A stretch of DNA of 64,000 bases. It comes from Nitrospinaceae bacterium. GTDB lineage: Bacteria; Nitrospinota; Nitrospinia; Nitrospinales; Nitrospinaceae. The position numbers were made by a program, and so were the translations under genes. Positions 51,818-62,241 of the stretch are shown piece by piece. The stretch lies in the NCBI GenBank assembly GCA_965223665.1, contig OZ245011.1, forward strand, positions 448,001 through 512,000, in the 5' to 3' direction. Every line of letters begins with the position of its first letter. The stretch's first letter is position 1. Under the pieces are notes generated by a model. It was not told where the DNA came from. It worked only from the letters and a program-made list of their open reading frames with translations, and made no database searches.

Positions 51818-52305
51818 TTTTGAGATTCCTTGGCATTAAATATATTCTCAAATACTCTAATAATGACTCGGACAGTGATCATTGCAAAACTAAAGGGTAA
51901 AATAGTTTGAAATATCCATACTGGAATTTCTAAGAATAACGTCGATTCTGCTTCTTTTTCTAAAAGTACAAATTGAAAGGCAGCGGCTGTTAAAAGAGTA
52001 GTGATTAAAGCAGTAACCACGTCAACCCATATTTTTACTCTTTGGCTTACTTTTTGGGGAAGAAAATGAGGCAGAAAGTCAATGGCGATATGCTTTCGTT
52101 CTCTTACCGCCAAAGAGGCTCCAAGGAAACCCACCCACAAAACAAGTTGTCGGGTAAGTATATCTGCCCATAATATTCCCCCATTAAAAAAATTTCTTAG
52201 TAAAACTTGAGTGAAGGTAAGAATCACCATTGATGACAATAAAAAAGCAATAAAAATACTTTCCATTTTGGCTATGATATTGTCGAGGGTTTTAAGAGGA
52301 CGCAT
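51814..52305 (-). CDS. dctQ: TRAP transporter small permease
   Basis: 4 TM, QV..R, W..FLGA, HIAIDF; overlaps dctM start. Confidence 0.9.
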   Translation of the reverse strand: MRPLKTLDNIIAKMESIFIAFLLSSMVILTFTQVLLRNFFNGGILWADILTRQLVLWVGFLGASLAVRERKHIAIDFLPHFLPQKVSQRVKIWVDVVTALITTLLTAAAFQFVLLEKEAESTLFLEIPVWIFQTILPFSFAMITVRVIIRVFENIFNAKESQK

Positions 52306-52445
52306 GGTTGCCAATTTAAGAGAGAATTTGCCGGAATTAGAAAATGCCAAAATTCCAGAAGGGCAGGTACTTGACTATAATAAAGGCTTTGTTTAATAGT
52401 CTCAATATTTTATTATTCATGGTTTGAATTATTTTAGGATGCATT

Positions 52446-53228
52446 GTGATTTATAGAATTGGTTATTTCTTGGGAATTGCTTTATTTATTTTATTAAATA
52501 ATCTGGTCCATGCTGAAAATAATAGGGACGATATGGTATATTTTCCTGCTGGTGAGTTTTTGATGGGCAGCCCTGAGGGAAAAGGACGAAAAGATGAAAC
52601 CCCTATGCATAAGGTTTATCTGAATTCTTTTTGGTTGGATAAATTTGAAGTCACCGGAAAAGATTTTGAAGATTTTTTAAAGCATTATCCCAAAGAACAC
52701 CCGACAATTACCGGGTGGTATGGAAGGGAAGCCCGTCCTGATATGAAAAATAAACCGGTTATCGGTTTGACCTGGAAGCGGTGTAAAAAATATTGTGAAT
52801 GGAAGGGGAAACGACTTCCTACGGAAGCTGAATGGGAAAGAGCGGCCTCAGGTTTGGAGAAAAGAGAATTTCCATGGGGAAATGAATTACCTGATTTTGA
52901 CAGAGCAAATTTTAATCGTTGCTGCTTTATAAACAAAGGAACTATTTTGCACGAAGTTGGGACCTTGGAAAAAGGTAAAACCCCAGAGGGAATTTATGAT
53001 ATGGCAGGCAACATTGCAGAATGGGTTTTTGATTGGTACGATAAAAAATATTATAAAGTTAGTCCTTATAAAAATCCAAAAGGCCCTGCAAAAGGTAAAT
53101 ACCATGTGATAAGAGGAGGGGCCTGGAATAGTCTGACGAATTATATGCGTTCTTCCTTTCGTTACGGAAATAATGATGGGCAAGAATTTTATGGAATTGG
53201 GTGTCGTTGTGCGAAGTCGGCAAATTAA
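52446..53228 (+). CDS. Exported FGE/SUMF1-domain protein
   Basis: F.MGS, E.P.H.V, RLPTEAEWE, DMAGN..EW, RGG.W, G.RC. Confidence 0.9.
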   Translation: MIYRIGYFLGIALFILLNNLVHAENNRDDMVYFPAGEFLMGSPEGKGRKDETPMHKVYLNSFWLDKFEVTGKDFEDFLKHYPKEHPTITGWYGREARPDMKNKPVIGLTWKRCKKYCEWKGKRLPTEAEWERAASGLEKREFPWGNELPDFDRANFNRCCFINKGTILHEVGTLEKGKTPEGIYDMAGNIAEWVFDWYDKKYYKVSPYKNPKGPAKGKYHVIRGGAWNSLTNYMRSSFRYGNNDGQEFYGIGCRCAKSAN

Positions 53229-53250
53229 AAACTAAATTAGAAATTATTTT

Positions 53251-54159
53251 ATGGATGATATTGAATCAAAAATAGATGCGTTGGAAAGAGACAAATTGGT
53301 TTCATTGATCCAAGAGAACGCAGTGCGTATTAAGCGTATAAAAATAAAGTTTACCAAATTTAATAAAAAAGATTCTTTAGAGCATTGGCAAAAATATTAT
53401 GAATCCTATGATCGACTTATACGCAATATTCCAAAGGAAATATTTCGGATTGAAAGAGAGGTTCGGGCAAAATTTTTAAGTGATTTGACACCCGAGAGGG
53501 TTCTAAAATTAAAGAGCTTTATTAATTCTGAAGCTCAATTGCAGTTTGAAAAGTTAGAAAAGGAATGTGGAATAGAATTTCAAAAGATGGGTCATCAGAA
53601 GGATTTTGAAGATCTAGTTCAAAAAACCCGATTAAAAGTAAAAAAAGGCATTGAAGAGCAACTAGAAAAGTGTGAACAGGTTATAAAAAAAGAAACATCT
53701 GAATCGGGAAAACTGAAAATTGATGAGGTTTGTAAAATTTACAATATCAAAGAATCAATTTTGCATGAACTCAATATTTTAGAAGTTCTCCAAGACATAA
53801 ATATTGCCATGAATAAAATGAGAGAAAAGAATGGCGGAGATTCGGTAGTTAATGAAATCCAGTCTTCTTTTAGGGAAATGCTTTCAAATATTCAAAATGA
53901 AACAGTTCAAACTTCCGGTTCTGTTGAAGCTAGAAAGCTTAGAAAAATTCAAGTGGCTCGAGAATCCTTAATGTTTAGGGACTTAATGGTTAATTGTCAA
54001 TACATGTTGAGCCAGGCAGTCTTATCCAGGCAACCTAAAAATATGGAAATAATTGGAAAAATATGGTCTAAAATAGAGGAAATATTAGAGACGGGTAGAA
54101 AAGATTGGTCTCAATATATTTCTAAATTTGAAAAATTATTTCAGTTTATTCAGGAATAA
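53251..54159 (+). CDS. Hypothetical helical protein
   Basis: 302-aa ORF filling the gap in a same-strand run; no recognisable motif. Confidence 0.7.
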   Translation: MDDIESKIDALERDKLVSLIQENAVRIKRIKIKFTKFNKKDSLEHWQKYYESYDRLIRNIPKEIFRIEREVRAKFLSDLTPERVLKLKSFINSEAQLQFEKLEKECGIEFQKMGHQKDFEDLVQKTRLKVKKGIEEQLEKCEQVIKKETSESGKLKIDEVCKIYNIKESILHELNILEVLQDINIAMNKMREKNGGDSVVNEIQSSFREMLSNIQNETVQTSGSVEARKLRKIQVARESLMFRDLMVNCQYMLSQAVLSRQPKNMEIIGKIWSKIEEILETGRKDWSQYISKFEKLFQFIQE

Positions 54160-54166
54160 TAGGCCC

Positions 54167-55153
54167 ATGATTTTTATTAAATCAAATTATAAGTTTTATG
54201 TCCTAATATTATTTTTCCTGATAAGTACTTTGGGTTCTGGCTGCACTTTATTAAATGTAAACTTAGTTCCTCCAATTTCTCCCTTAAAAGAAAAAGTAAT
54301 TTTTGGTAAGGGAAATGATAAGGTTTTATTGATTGATATTGATGGAGTAATTGGAAATAAAAAGAAGGAATCCTCTCTAGGCAGTACCACCGAAGTTGGT
54401 TTAGTCGAGAGGGTTCGTGAAGTTTTAAAAAAGGCAAAGGAAGATAATGAAATTAAGGGAATTATCCTTAGGATAAATAGTCCGGGTGGAACGGTTACTT
54501 CAAGTGATGTGATTTATCATGAATTAAAGGTTTTTAAAGAGGAAAAAAATATTAAGTCTTACACTATGATAATGGATCTTGCGGCCTCGGGTGGATATTA
54601 CATAGCACAAGCTTCGGATAAAATATTTGCCCATCCCACTAGTCTGACGGGAAGCATAGGTGTGATTGCCTTAAAGGTTAATTTGGATGAATTGATGGAT
54701 AAAATTGGCGTTGATCTTGAAGTCGTGAAATCCGGAGATAAAAAGGACTTTTTGTCACCCTTTAGGCCGCTAACAAAAGAAGAGCGGGTTTTGTTCCAGG
54801 ACACAATCGATAGTTTTCATAAAAGGTTTGTTCAGATCATTGCTAATAATCGAAAGATGCTGAGTTTTGCGGAAATTGAAAAATTGGCCGATGGACGTGT
54901 TTATACAGCTGAACAGGCATTAAACGAAAAATTGATTGATCAAATTGTATATTTGGATGAGGCCATAGAATTGGTCCAAAAAGATTTGAAATTAAATGAA
55001 ATTAAAGTAGTAACCTATCACCGCCCAGGTGATTATAAAAATAACTTGTATTCTGCTGTACCTAAAAGTCCTTCCATTAATGTTTTAAATTTTAATATTA
55101 ATCTCCTTCCTCACTCCACCGAACCCAATTTTTTGTACATGTGGATGCCTTAA
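54167..55153 (+). CDS. sppA: Signal peptide peptidase SppA (S49), lipoprotein-like
   Basis: INSPGG, AASGGYY, TGSIGV, ADGRV; LGSGC lipobox. Confidence 0.93.
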   Translation: MIFIKSNYKFYVLILFFLISTLGSGCTLLNVNLVPPISPLKEKVIFGKGNDKVLLIDIDGVIGNKKKESSLGSTTEVGLVERVREVLKKAKEDNEIKGIILRINSPGGTVTSSDVIYHELKVFKEEKNIKSYTMIMDLAASGGYYIAQASDKIFAHPTSLTGSIGVIALKVNLDELMDKIGVDLEVVKSGDKKDFLSPFRPLTKEERVLFQDTIDSFHKRFVQIIANNRKMLSFAEIEKLADGRVYTAEQALNEKLIDQIVYLDEAIELVQKDLKLNEIKVVTYHRPGDYKNNLYSAVPKSPSINVLNFNINLLPHSTEPNFLYMWMP

Positions 55154-55207
55154 GTTACCTGTTATCAAAACAATTAGAAAATTATTGTTGTTAGGATGGG
55201 TAGTAAG

Positions 55208-55236
55208 TTGACCTTGGAGAAGCTTTTACTTACCAT
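55208..55236 (+). promoter_or_regulatory. Putative sigma70 promoter
   Basis: TTGACC -17 bp- TACCAT upstream of the diguanylate cyclase. Confidence 0.55.
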
Positions 55237-55286
55237 AAAATATAGGGCCTCTTATCTATTTAAAATCAAAAGGTTACTTGTATTTA

Positions 55287-57239
55287 ATGGGAAATCCAAT
55301 TTCCGAATATCGATTTTTAATTGTTGATGACGACAATGATGATTTTTTCCTGATAAAAGAATTATTAAAGGAGGGAAAGTTTGATTTTGAAGTTGTTATT
55401 AAACAGTTATCCGACCCTAAAGATATTTTTGAGTCGTTAAGGAAAAATAACTTTGACCTTTGTTTTATTGATTATTATTTGGGGAAAAGTAATGGTATTG
55501 AGATTATTCAATCTATTAGAGATCAGGATTACACAATACCAATTATCTTGTTAACCGGAAGAGGAGATTCCGATACTGCGGTTCGAGCGATTAAAGCTGG
55601 GGCAAATGACTATTTAGAAAAATCGGATTTGTCGGTTGATAACCTTTCCAAACTAATTAATATTACCTTAAAAAGTTATAAGGAAGAAAAGCAAAGGCGA
55701 GAATTTGAAAAAGCTTTTTATAATCAGGGATTATTGTTGCAGGGAGTATCGGAAGCGGCAACCCGCTTATTGACAATACACGATCATGAATTGGGGATAA
55801 AAGAAGCTTTGTCAATTTTAGGAAAAGCTTCTAAAGTGGACTATGCTTTTATATTTAATGATCACCCTCATCCGAAAAACGGAGAGAATGCTTTTAGTTT
55901 AAAGTATTCTTGGAGCCTTAGTAATAATTGCAATTTTACAGATAGCTTACGAAATCTTTCCCATAGAAATCTTGGGATATCAAAAATTCATCAGGAACTA
56001 GCTTCGGGCCAAGTGGTAACAAAATTAATCGATGAACTTCCCCAAGGATTGGCATTACATTTTTCCAAACTGGAAATTAAATCCGTAATTTTTGTACCCA
56101 TTAAAATTGATTTTATTCTTTGGGGGACCTTATCCTTTGCGGATAGTATTGGTTATAGAGTTTGGTCCCCTGAAGAGATTTCCATTTTAAAGACCATGGC
56201 CTCCAGTATTGGAGGGAAATTAAAAAGAACCCAGGATGACCTGGCTTTTCGGTCTATTGTTCAAGGAATTTCTTCCTTCACTGGAAACGATTTTTTTCAA
56301 TCTTTAGTACGAAATTTAGCTACAGCTCTTCCCGTAAGATGCGCATTTGTAAGTGAAATTCTAGATTATTCCAAGAGTAGGTGCCGCGTAATAGCAGGAT
56401 GTAATGGGTTTGAAAATATAGAAAATTTTGAGTTTGATTTACTCAACACACCTTTTGAAGATATGTTGGCAGGATTATTTAGTTATTATCCGGACTATGT
56501 TCAGGAAATTTTTCCCAATGAAGAAATATTTAAAAAATTTCGGGCCAATAGTTTTGCAGGAGTTCCTTTTTTTGATTCAAACTCTAAAGTTATTGGTCAC
56601 TTGTCAGTTTTGGATGATAGGCCGATTGAAGATAAAAACCGAACAAGCTCCATATTACAGATTTTTGCATCTCGTGCTGGAGCTGAATTAGAGCGTAAGC
56701 GAGCGGATGAAACAATTAAAAGTTTAGCTTATTATGATTCCTTGACGGGTCTTCCAAACCGAATTTTGTTAAACGATAGAATAAACTTGACTCTGGAAAG
56801 AGCCAAAAGACACAATCAAAATTTTGCATTGATGTTTTTAGACTTTGATCATTTTAAAGAAATTAATGATAACTATGGTCACTCTGTCGGTGATTTTTTA
56901 TTAAAAAGTGTGGCAGACCGTCTTATTCAAAGTATCCGTGGTCAGGATACAGTCGCTAGACTGGGAGGCGACGAGTTTATTTTATTATTTCCTGAAATCA
57001 GTCAACCTGCTGATGCTAAACTTATTGCCGAGAAGATTCTTGAGCTAGGGCGAGAACCAATGAAAATTGAGGGCAAGCTTATAAAAATATCATTTAGCAT
57101 TGGGATTGCTATTTTTCCATTTGATGGAAATGATTCTAAAGAACTTACCTTAAATGCAGATCAGGCCTTATACATTGCTAAAAATAATGGGCGGGATTCC
57201 TACCATTTTGCTTCTTCTAGTCTATTAACGTACAAATAA
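55287..57239 (+). CDS. Diguanylate cyclase, REC-GAF-GAF-GGDEF
   Basis: REC (VDDD, FIDY, LTG, LEK); two GAF-like domains; D.LTGLPNR, RGQD I-site, GGDEF. Confidence 0.92.
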   Translation: MGNPISEYRFLIVDDDNDDFFLIKELLKEGKFDFEVVIKQLSDPKDIFESLRKNNFDLCFIDYYLGKSNGIEIIQSIRDQDYTIPIILLTGRGDSDTAVRAIKAGANDYLEKSDLSVDNLSKLINITLKSYKEEKQRREFEKAFYNQGLLLQGVSEAATRLLTIHDHELGIKEALSILGKASKVDYAFIFNDHPHPKNGENAFSLKYSWSLSNNCNFTDSLRNLSHRNLGISKIHQELASGQVVTKLIDELPQGLALHFSKLEIKSVIFVPIKIDFILWGTLSFADSIGYRVWSPEEISILKTMASSIGGKLKRTQDDLAFRSIVQGISSFTGNDFFQSLVRNLATALPVRCAFVSEILDYSKSRCRVIAGCNGFENIENFEFDLLNTPFEDMLAGLFSYYPDYVQEIFPNEEIFKKFRANSFAGVPFFDSNSKVIGHLSVLDDRPIEDKNRTSSILQIFASRAGAELERKRADETIKSLAYYDSLTGLPNRILLNDRINLTLERAKRHNQNFALMFLDFDHFKEINDNYGHSVGDFLLKSVADRLIQSIRGQDTVARLGGDEFILLFPEISQPADAKLIAEKILELGREPMKIEGKLIKISFSIGIAIFPFDGNDSKELTLNADQALYIAKNNGRDSYHFASSSLLTYK

Positions 57240-57307
57240 AAATATTGTTGACTTTCCTTGGTTTTCCCCTTAGAAATGAGACTATTTCATAAAATAGGGA
57301 ACCCAAA

Positions 57308-57979
57308 ATGTTTATTTTAAATTCCATTAATATTGGAAAGTCTGCGGAAGTTCCATACGACGGGAATAAAACCTTCCGGTCTTCAATATTAAAGAAGCCG
57401 GTTAATGGAAAAATATTTGTAGATGCTTTAGGTTTGGATGGAGACTCAGTTACCAATAAATCCGTTCATGGTGGAGTTGACAAAGCCATTTGTTTGTATT
57501 GTGAAGACCATTTCCCTTATTGGGAGAATAGAGTTCAACAAAATATTAACCCTGGAGCATTTGGAGAAAACTTTACTATTAAAGGAATAACTGAAGAGGG
57601 GCTTCAAATTGGTGATAGCATTCAAATAGGAGATGTTGAATTACAAATTTCACAACCTCGACAGCCCTGTCAGAATTTGGTTAAAAAATTTGGCGTTCCT
57701 AAACTAGCACAAATGATAACAGCAACTGGTTTCTCAGGTTTTTATTGTCGTGTTATCCAGCCAGGATGGATAGAGTCCGGGATGACATGCAGTATAAATG
57801 AAACAACAGGTGAAAAAGTTACTCTGTCTGAAGCAAATAGAATTTTTTACAAAGATAAGGAAAATATAGAAGCTATTAAGAAATTATTAAGTATAGAAGC
57901 CCTTTCTGATAGTTGGCAAGGTTATCTAAAGGAGAGACTCAATAAATTAATCCCAAATGAGATTTCCCATAAGAGTTAA
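57308..57979 (+). CDS. MOSC domain protein (YiiM-like)
   Basis: HGG.DKA, GAFGEN, SQPRQPC, G.Y.RV...G; C-terminal 3-alpha domain. Confidence 0.92.
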   Translation: MFILNSINIGKSAEVPYDGNKTFRSSILKKPVNGKIFVDALGLDGDSVTNKSVHGGVDKAICLYCEDHFPYWENRVQQNINPGAFGENFTIKGITEEGLQIGDSIQIGDVELQISQPRQPCQNLVKKFGVPKLAQMITATGFSGFYCRVIQPGWIESGMTCSINETTGEKVTLSEANRIFYKDKENIEAIKKLLSIEALSDSWQGYLKERLNKLIPNEISHKS

Positions 57980-57991
57980 AAATCATTCCTG

Positions 57992-58564
57992 ATGAGTTCC
58001 CTTTTTCCTCCGGTACAATCCCTAGAACAATGGACGTCTGAATTAAAATTATTATTGAAACCAGATGTTAATACAGAAGTTGTGCATTGCTTATTTTTTC
58101 ATTTGGTGGACTTGGGTATGTTTAAAAAAATCGGGTTAAATGATTGGACACTCGCAAATGAAAAATATGAAAATGAGGATTCCATAAATAAATTGCTAAG
58201 CGCAGAACTGCAAAAATATAGTGATACCCCCGAGGGATTTGCAATTGGATATTTTATCTCTGAGTGCGTTGATCCTACACTGCCATATTTTTTAAAGGAT
58301 ACAAAAGTAAGAATTAAACCAGCTAAGAAGAAAGCTCATCTTTCGAAAAGTTCTGACTTAAGTAATCTTCAAATAGTAAAAAAATATGGAAAGCAGGTTG
58401 AGGAATTTATTGAGTTTGAAAAAATATGCACAGAGAAATTAGTAGGCCCCAATACTCCAAAAGGGAATGCAAGAAAGATTTTCAATTATATCCTGCCCAA
58501 AATTCAAAAAAAAGTTACTCCAAGACCTTGGGAACAGTTGAGCCGCAGACGTCATAAAAAATGA
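57992..58564 (+). CDS. Hypothetical protein
   Basis: 190-aa ORF in a same-strand run; no motif recognised. Confidence 0.6.
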   Translation: MSSLFPPVQSLEQWTSELKLLLKPDVNTEVVHCLFFHLVDLGMFKKIGLNDWTLANEKYENEDSINKLLSAELQKYSDTPEGFAIGYFISECVDPTLPYFLKDTKVRIKPAKKKAHLSKSSDLSNLQIVKKYGKQVEEFIEFEKICTEKLVGPNTPKGNARKIFNYILPKIQKKVTPRPWEQLSRRRHKK

Positions 58565-58645
58565 GTTAGAAAATAAATGATTTTGGTGTTTCGGTTTAAA
58601 TGGGATAAAATTTCCCCTTCATTTTACTCTTGAGAAAGTGTTTTC

Positions 58646-60049
58646 ATGGACAAAAAAAATGTTGTCATAATTGGTGCTGGCCCTGGAGGATATACTGCCG
58701 CTTTTTTAGCTGCAGATAAGGGTTTAAATGTCACATTAATAAATGAGGAAAAGTCTTTAGGAGGCGTTTGTTTGCAAAGGGGTTGTATTCCTTCTAAGGC
58801 TTTGCTGCATGCGGCAAAATTGATAACTGATGCAAGAGATGCAAATGAAATCGGTTTGAATTTTTCTTTAGAAAGTTTGAATTTAGAAAAACTTAGGGCT
58901 TGGAAAAATCAAGTGGTAAAAAAAATGACTGGAGGGTTAGCGCAGCTTTGCAAACAACGTGGCATAAATTATGTTGTTGGTCGAGCTCAATTTGTCAATT
59001 CGAGTGAATTGAAGATTATTGGTGGCGATGCCATCAAATTTGATTATGCCATCATAGCCGTTGGCTCAATCCCTCACATTCCTGAATCTTTTAATGATAT
59101 TAGCACTAGAATAATGGATTCCACTTCAGCATTAGACTTAGAAGAAATTCCAAATCGATTGTTAGTTGTCGGGGGAGGGTATATTGGTTTGGAAATGGGG
59201 ACGGTTTTTTCTTCTTTAGGCACAAAAGTTAGTGTTATTGAAATGATGGACGGGCTACTCCCAGGGGTGGATCAAGATTTAGTAAGAATTCTTCAAGTGC
59301 GTTTGAGAAAAGAGTTTGAATCGATTCTCCTGAAATCAAAAGTTTCCTCGATTACAGAAATCAAAAATGAATTAGAAGTTTCCTTTGAAACCGAGTCAGG
59401 AATTCAAAAACAGAATTTTGACCGTGTTTTGATTTCAATAGGAAGAATACCGAATAGCGAAAACTTGGGTTTAGAAAATACTGGTGTTGGAATTGATAAA
59501 AAGGGATTTATTACTGTTAACGAACATTTACAAACACATGAATCATCGATTTTTGCTATAGGTGATGTTATTGGCGGTGCTATGTTAGCCCACAAAGCAG
59601 CCCATGAAGGAAAAAAAGTTGTAGAATATATTTTGGGTCATACAACAAACAAAACTAATTCAAATACTGTCCCAGCAGTGGTATTCACAGATCCAGAAAT
59701 TGCCTGGTGTGGGGTCACGGAGGACCAGGCCAAGGCCGATAATTTGAACTATACGGTTGCCAAATTCCCTTGGGGAGCATCCGGGCGTGCTACGGCAATG
59801 AGCAGGAATGATGGACAAACCAAATTAATACTAGAAAAAGAAACAGGGATTATTTTGGGAGTGGGAATTGTGGGGGTGGGGGCCGGAGAGCTTATATCAG
59901 AGGGTATTCTAGCGGTGGATCAAAAAATGACAGGGAAAGATTTAGCTGAAAGAATTCATCCTCATCCAACCTTATCTGAAACTATTATGGAAGCCGCTGA
60001 AGTTCATGAAGGTTTTCCTACGCACATTTTTAAGAGGCCGCGCAGGTGA
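58646..60049 (+). CDS. lpdA: Dihydrolipoamide dehydrogenase
   Basis: GAGPGG, GGVCLQRGCIPSK, GGGYIGLE, AIGD, HPHPTLSE. Confidence 0.96.
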   Translation: MDKKNVVIIGAGPGGYTAAFLAADKGLNVTLINEEKSLGGVCLQRGCIPSKALLHAAKLITDARDANEIGLNFSLESLNLEKLRAWKNQVVKKMTGGLAQLCKQRGINYVVGRAQFVNSSELKIIGGDAIKFDYAIIAVGSIPHIPESFNDISTRIMDSTSALDLEEIPNRLLVVGGGYIGLEMGTVFSSLGTKVSVIEMMDGLLPGVDQDLVRILQVRLRKEFESILLKSKVSSITEIKNELEVSFETESGIQKQNFDRVLISIGRIPNSENLGLENTGVGIDKKGFITVNEHLQTHESSIFAIGDVIGGAMLAHKAAHEGKKVVEYILGHTTNKTNSNTVPAVVFTDPEIAWCGVTEDQAKADNLNYTVAKFPWGASGRATAMSRNDGQTKLILEKETGIILGVGIVGVGAGELISEGILAVDQKMTGKDLAERIHPHPTLSETIMEAAEVHEGFPTHIFKRPRR

Positions 60050-60074
60050 ACAAAATAAATTCTATTTAACAAGA

Positions 60075-61082
60075 TTAGGACGCTGGTTTGGAGTGAGTCA
60101 ACATGTCCTTAATCCCCCCAATGGAACTCAAAATTCCAGTTGCTTCATAAGGTAGATAAATTACTTTGTTGTCCTTTCCCGTTACCATTTCACCTAAAGT
60201 CTCTATATAGCGGACCGCTATTAAATAATTGGCCGGATCTGTGTCAGCATTCTTTAAAGAAGCTGTAATTTTTTCTATGGCTTCTGCTTCCGCCTGAGCC
60301 ACCTTTATTCTTGCTTGAGCCTCTCCCTCTGCCTTTAATATGGCGGCTTGTTTTTCACCCTCAGCTCTATTGATTTCGGATTCTTTTACGCCTTCAGCCT
60401 GCAAAATAGCTGCCCGTTTTTCACCCTCGGCTTCTAAAATGGATGCCCGACGGTCTCTTTCCGCTCGCATTTGTTTTTCCATAGCATCCTGGATATCTTT
60501 TGGGGGGTTTATATCCTGAAGTTCTACTCGATTTGTTTTTACACCCCACTTGTCCGTTGCATCATCTAAAATGCCGCGCAATTTATTATTGATTGTATCC
60601 CGAGAGGCTAAACACTCATCCAAATCCAATTCCCCAATAACATTTCTTAAAGTTGTTTGAGTCAGTTTTTCCAATGCCTCGGGAAGATTGAAAATTTCGT
60701 ATACGGTTTTGAATGGATCAATAATTTGAAAATACAAAAGGGCGTTTATTTCAATACCAACATTATCCTTAGTGATTACATTTTGCCTGGGAAAATCATA
60801 AACAGTTTCTCTTAGGTCAATTTTGCTGATAATGGATTTGTAGACATATGATTTTCCGCTTCCGGGGTCTATTTGGGTGTACCTCCAATGAATTTTTCTT
60901 GGAACATCTACTAAAGGAATAATTAAATTAATTCCACTATTTAAGGTCCTATGATACCTTCCTAATCGCTCAATAACCATGGTCTCGGCTTGTTGAACAA
61001 TAATAAAACCCTTGGAGATAAAAATTACAACTAAAAATATTATTGCTCCCGCAATTATTAAGGTGGGTTCCATATTTTCCAT
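60075..61082 (-). CDS. SPFH/band 7 (stomatin/QmcA-like) protein
   Basis: ERLG, IDLRE, ITKDN, TTLR.VIG, QMRAER.RRA..AEG. Confidence 0.93.
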   Translation of the reverse strand: MENMEPTLIIAGAIIFLVVIFISKGFIIVQQAETMVIERLGRYHRTLNSGINLIIPLVDVPRKIHWRYTQIDPGSGKSYVYKSIISKIDLRETVYDFPRQNVITKDNVGIEINALLYFQIIDPFKTVYEIFNLPEALEKLTQTTLRNVIGELDLDECLASRDTINNKLRGILDDATDKWGVKTNRVELQDINPPKDIQDAMEKQMRAERDRRASILEAEGEKRAAILQAEGVKESEINRAEGEKQAAILKAEGEAQARIKVAQAEAEAIEKITASLKNADTDPANYLIAVRYIETLGEMVTGKDNKVIYLPYEATGILSSIGGIKDMLTHSKPAS

Positions 61083-61093
61083 GAATCAGCCTT

Positions 61094-61531
61094 TCAATTA
61101 ATTTTTTCCACGTAAACCGTGGCTCCTTCAATTTTTTTTACCACAACTTCTTGATTTTTTTCGATATCAAGATTATCTAGAGATTTAGCCCGCCAATCCT
61201 CTCCATTGATTTGAACACGGCCAGAATTTTTTAGGTTTTGAATTTTTTCAATGACGTTTGCAGTTTTTCCTTCGAGAGCAGAAACGCCATGCAGTCGTTT
61301 TGAACTTGATCTATACAATAATTCCTTTAGTTTAGGACGGAATCCAAAAAAGAAAATTAACGAAATGACGGCAAATGAAATGGTTTGAATTTCTAATTCA
61401 TAACCTAACCATGTAGCAATCCCCCCAGCGAATGCTCCCATTCCAAAGCTGGCAAGGCTGAATTCCATGGTTAAAATTTCTAAACCAAACAAAACTATTC
61501 CTGCAATAAACCAATAGTGTACGGGTTCCAT
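61094..61531 (-). CDS. Short NfeD family protein
   Basis: 3 TM plus OB-fold (G.V.I.GE.W.A); pairs with SPFH gene. Confidence 0.9.
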   Translation of the reverse strand: MEPVHYWFIAGIVLFGLEILTMEFSLASFGMGAFAGGIATWLGYELEIQTISFAVISLIFFFGFRPKLKELLYRSSSKRLHGVSALEGKTANVIEKIQNLKNSGRVQINGEDWRAKSLDNLDIEKNQEVVVKKIEGATVYVEKIN

Positions 61532-61662
61532 AAAAGCACCAACGGATTTTAAGGAATTATTATTTATTTTAACAATGAGCTAAAAAGTCATTAGTCAAAA
61601 ATTTCTGCAAAGTAGCTTATGATAAAAAAAGAATTTTGTAAAAGAAATATTTTTTAAAAAAT

Positions 61663-61944
61663 TTATATATCTATTATGTCATCATCCTTCGGTCTTTGGG
61701 GAGACCGTTGAAAATTCGGATTTTGTGGGAAAGGAAATTTTGAAGTGGGAGACATATGATTTTGTTTACGTCTGCCAAAAAGATTTGCAATCCAGGTAAC
61801 CACACCACCACCAATGGCAATAAAAAGAAATGTAACCCCAAAAAGAAAAAGTGCGGCAACAGCCATAATTATGGTAACAAAAAGGATGATTTTGGTCCCA
61901 AGTGGCATTTGCCTGAAAGGGTGATTCGAAGAAAAAATAAACAT
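61663..61944 (-). CDS. Small hypothetical membrane protein
   Basis: Hydrophobic hairpin and DDDIIDI tail. Confidence 0.6.
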   Translation of the reverse strand: MFIFSSNHPFRQMPLGTKIILFVTIIMAVAALFLFGVTFLFIAIGGGVVTWIANLFGRRKQNHMSPTSKFPFPQNPNFQRSPQRPKDDDIIDI

Positions 61945-62002
61945 TAGTGATCCTAACGGAATAATATTTTATAATAGGTCAAATTTAACCTAATGAGACT
62001 TT

Positions 62003-62212
62003 ATGGAAAAAGATATTTTTATCATTGATTGCTCAAATTGCGGAGCAAAAAACAGGGTAAAATCTTATTCTCCTGATAAGATTCCCGTATGTGCGAAATG
62101 TCGGACCCCATTGGTTGAAAAAGATAAAAATGAAGCCCATGCCAAGTATGCTAAAAACTTGAAAAATTTTTATAATTTACCTGACTTTGGAGCACGTCCC
62201 CCAAAGTCTTAA
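62003..62212 (+). CDS. Small zinc-ribbon protein (TrxC N-terminus-like)
   Basis: CSNCGAKNRV...PVCAKC..PL. Confidence 0.7.
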   Translation: MEKDIFIIDCSNCGAKNRVKSYSPDKIPVCAKCRTPLVEKDKNEAHAKYAKNLKNFYNLPDFGARPPKS

Positions 62213-62241
62213 AATTAACCTTATTGTATCGAAAAATCATA

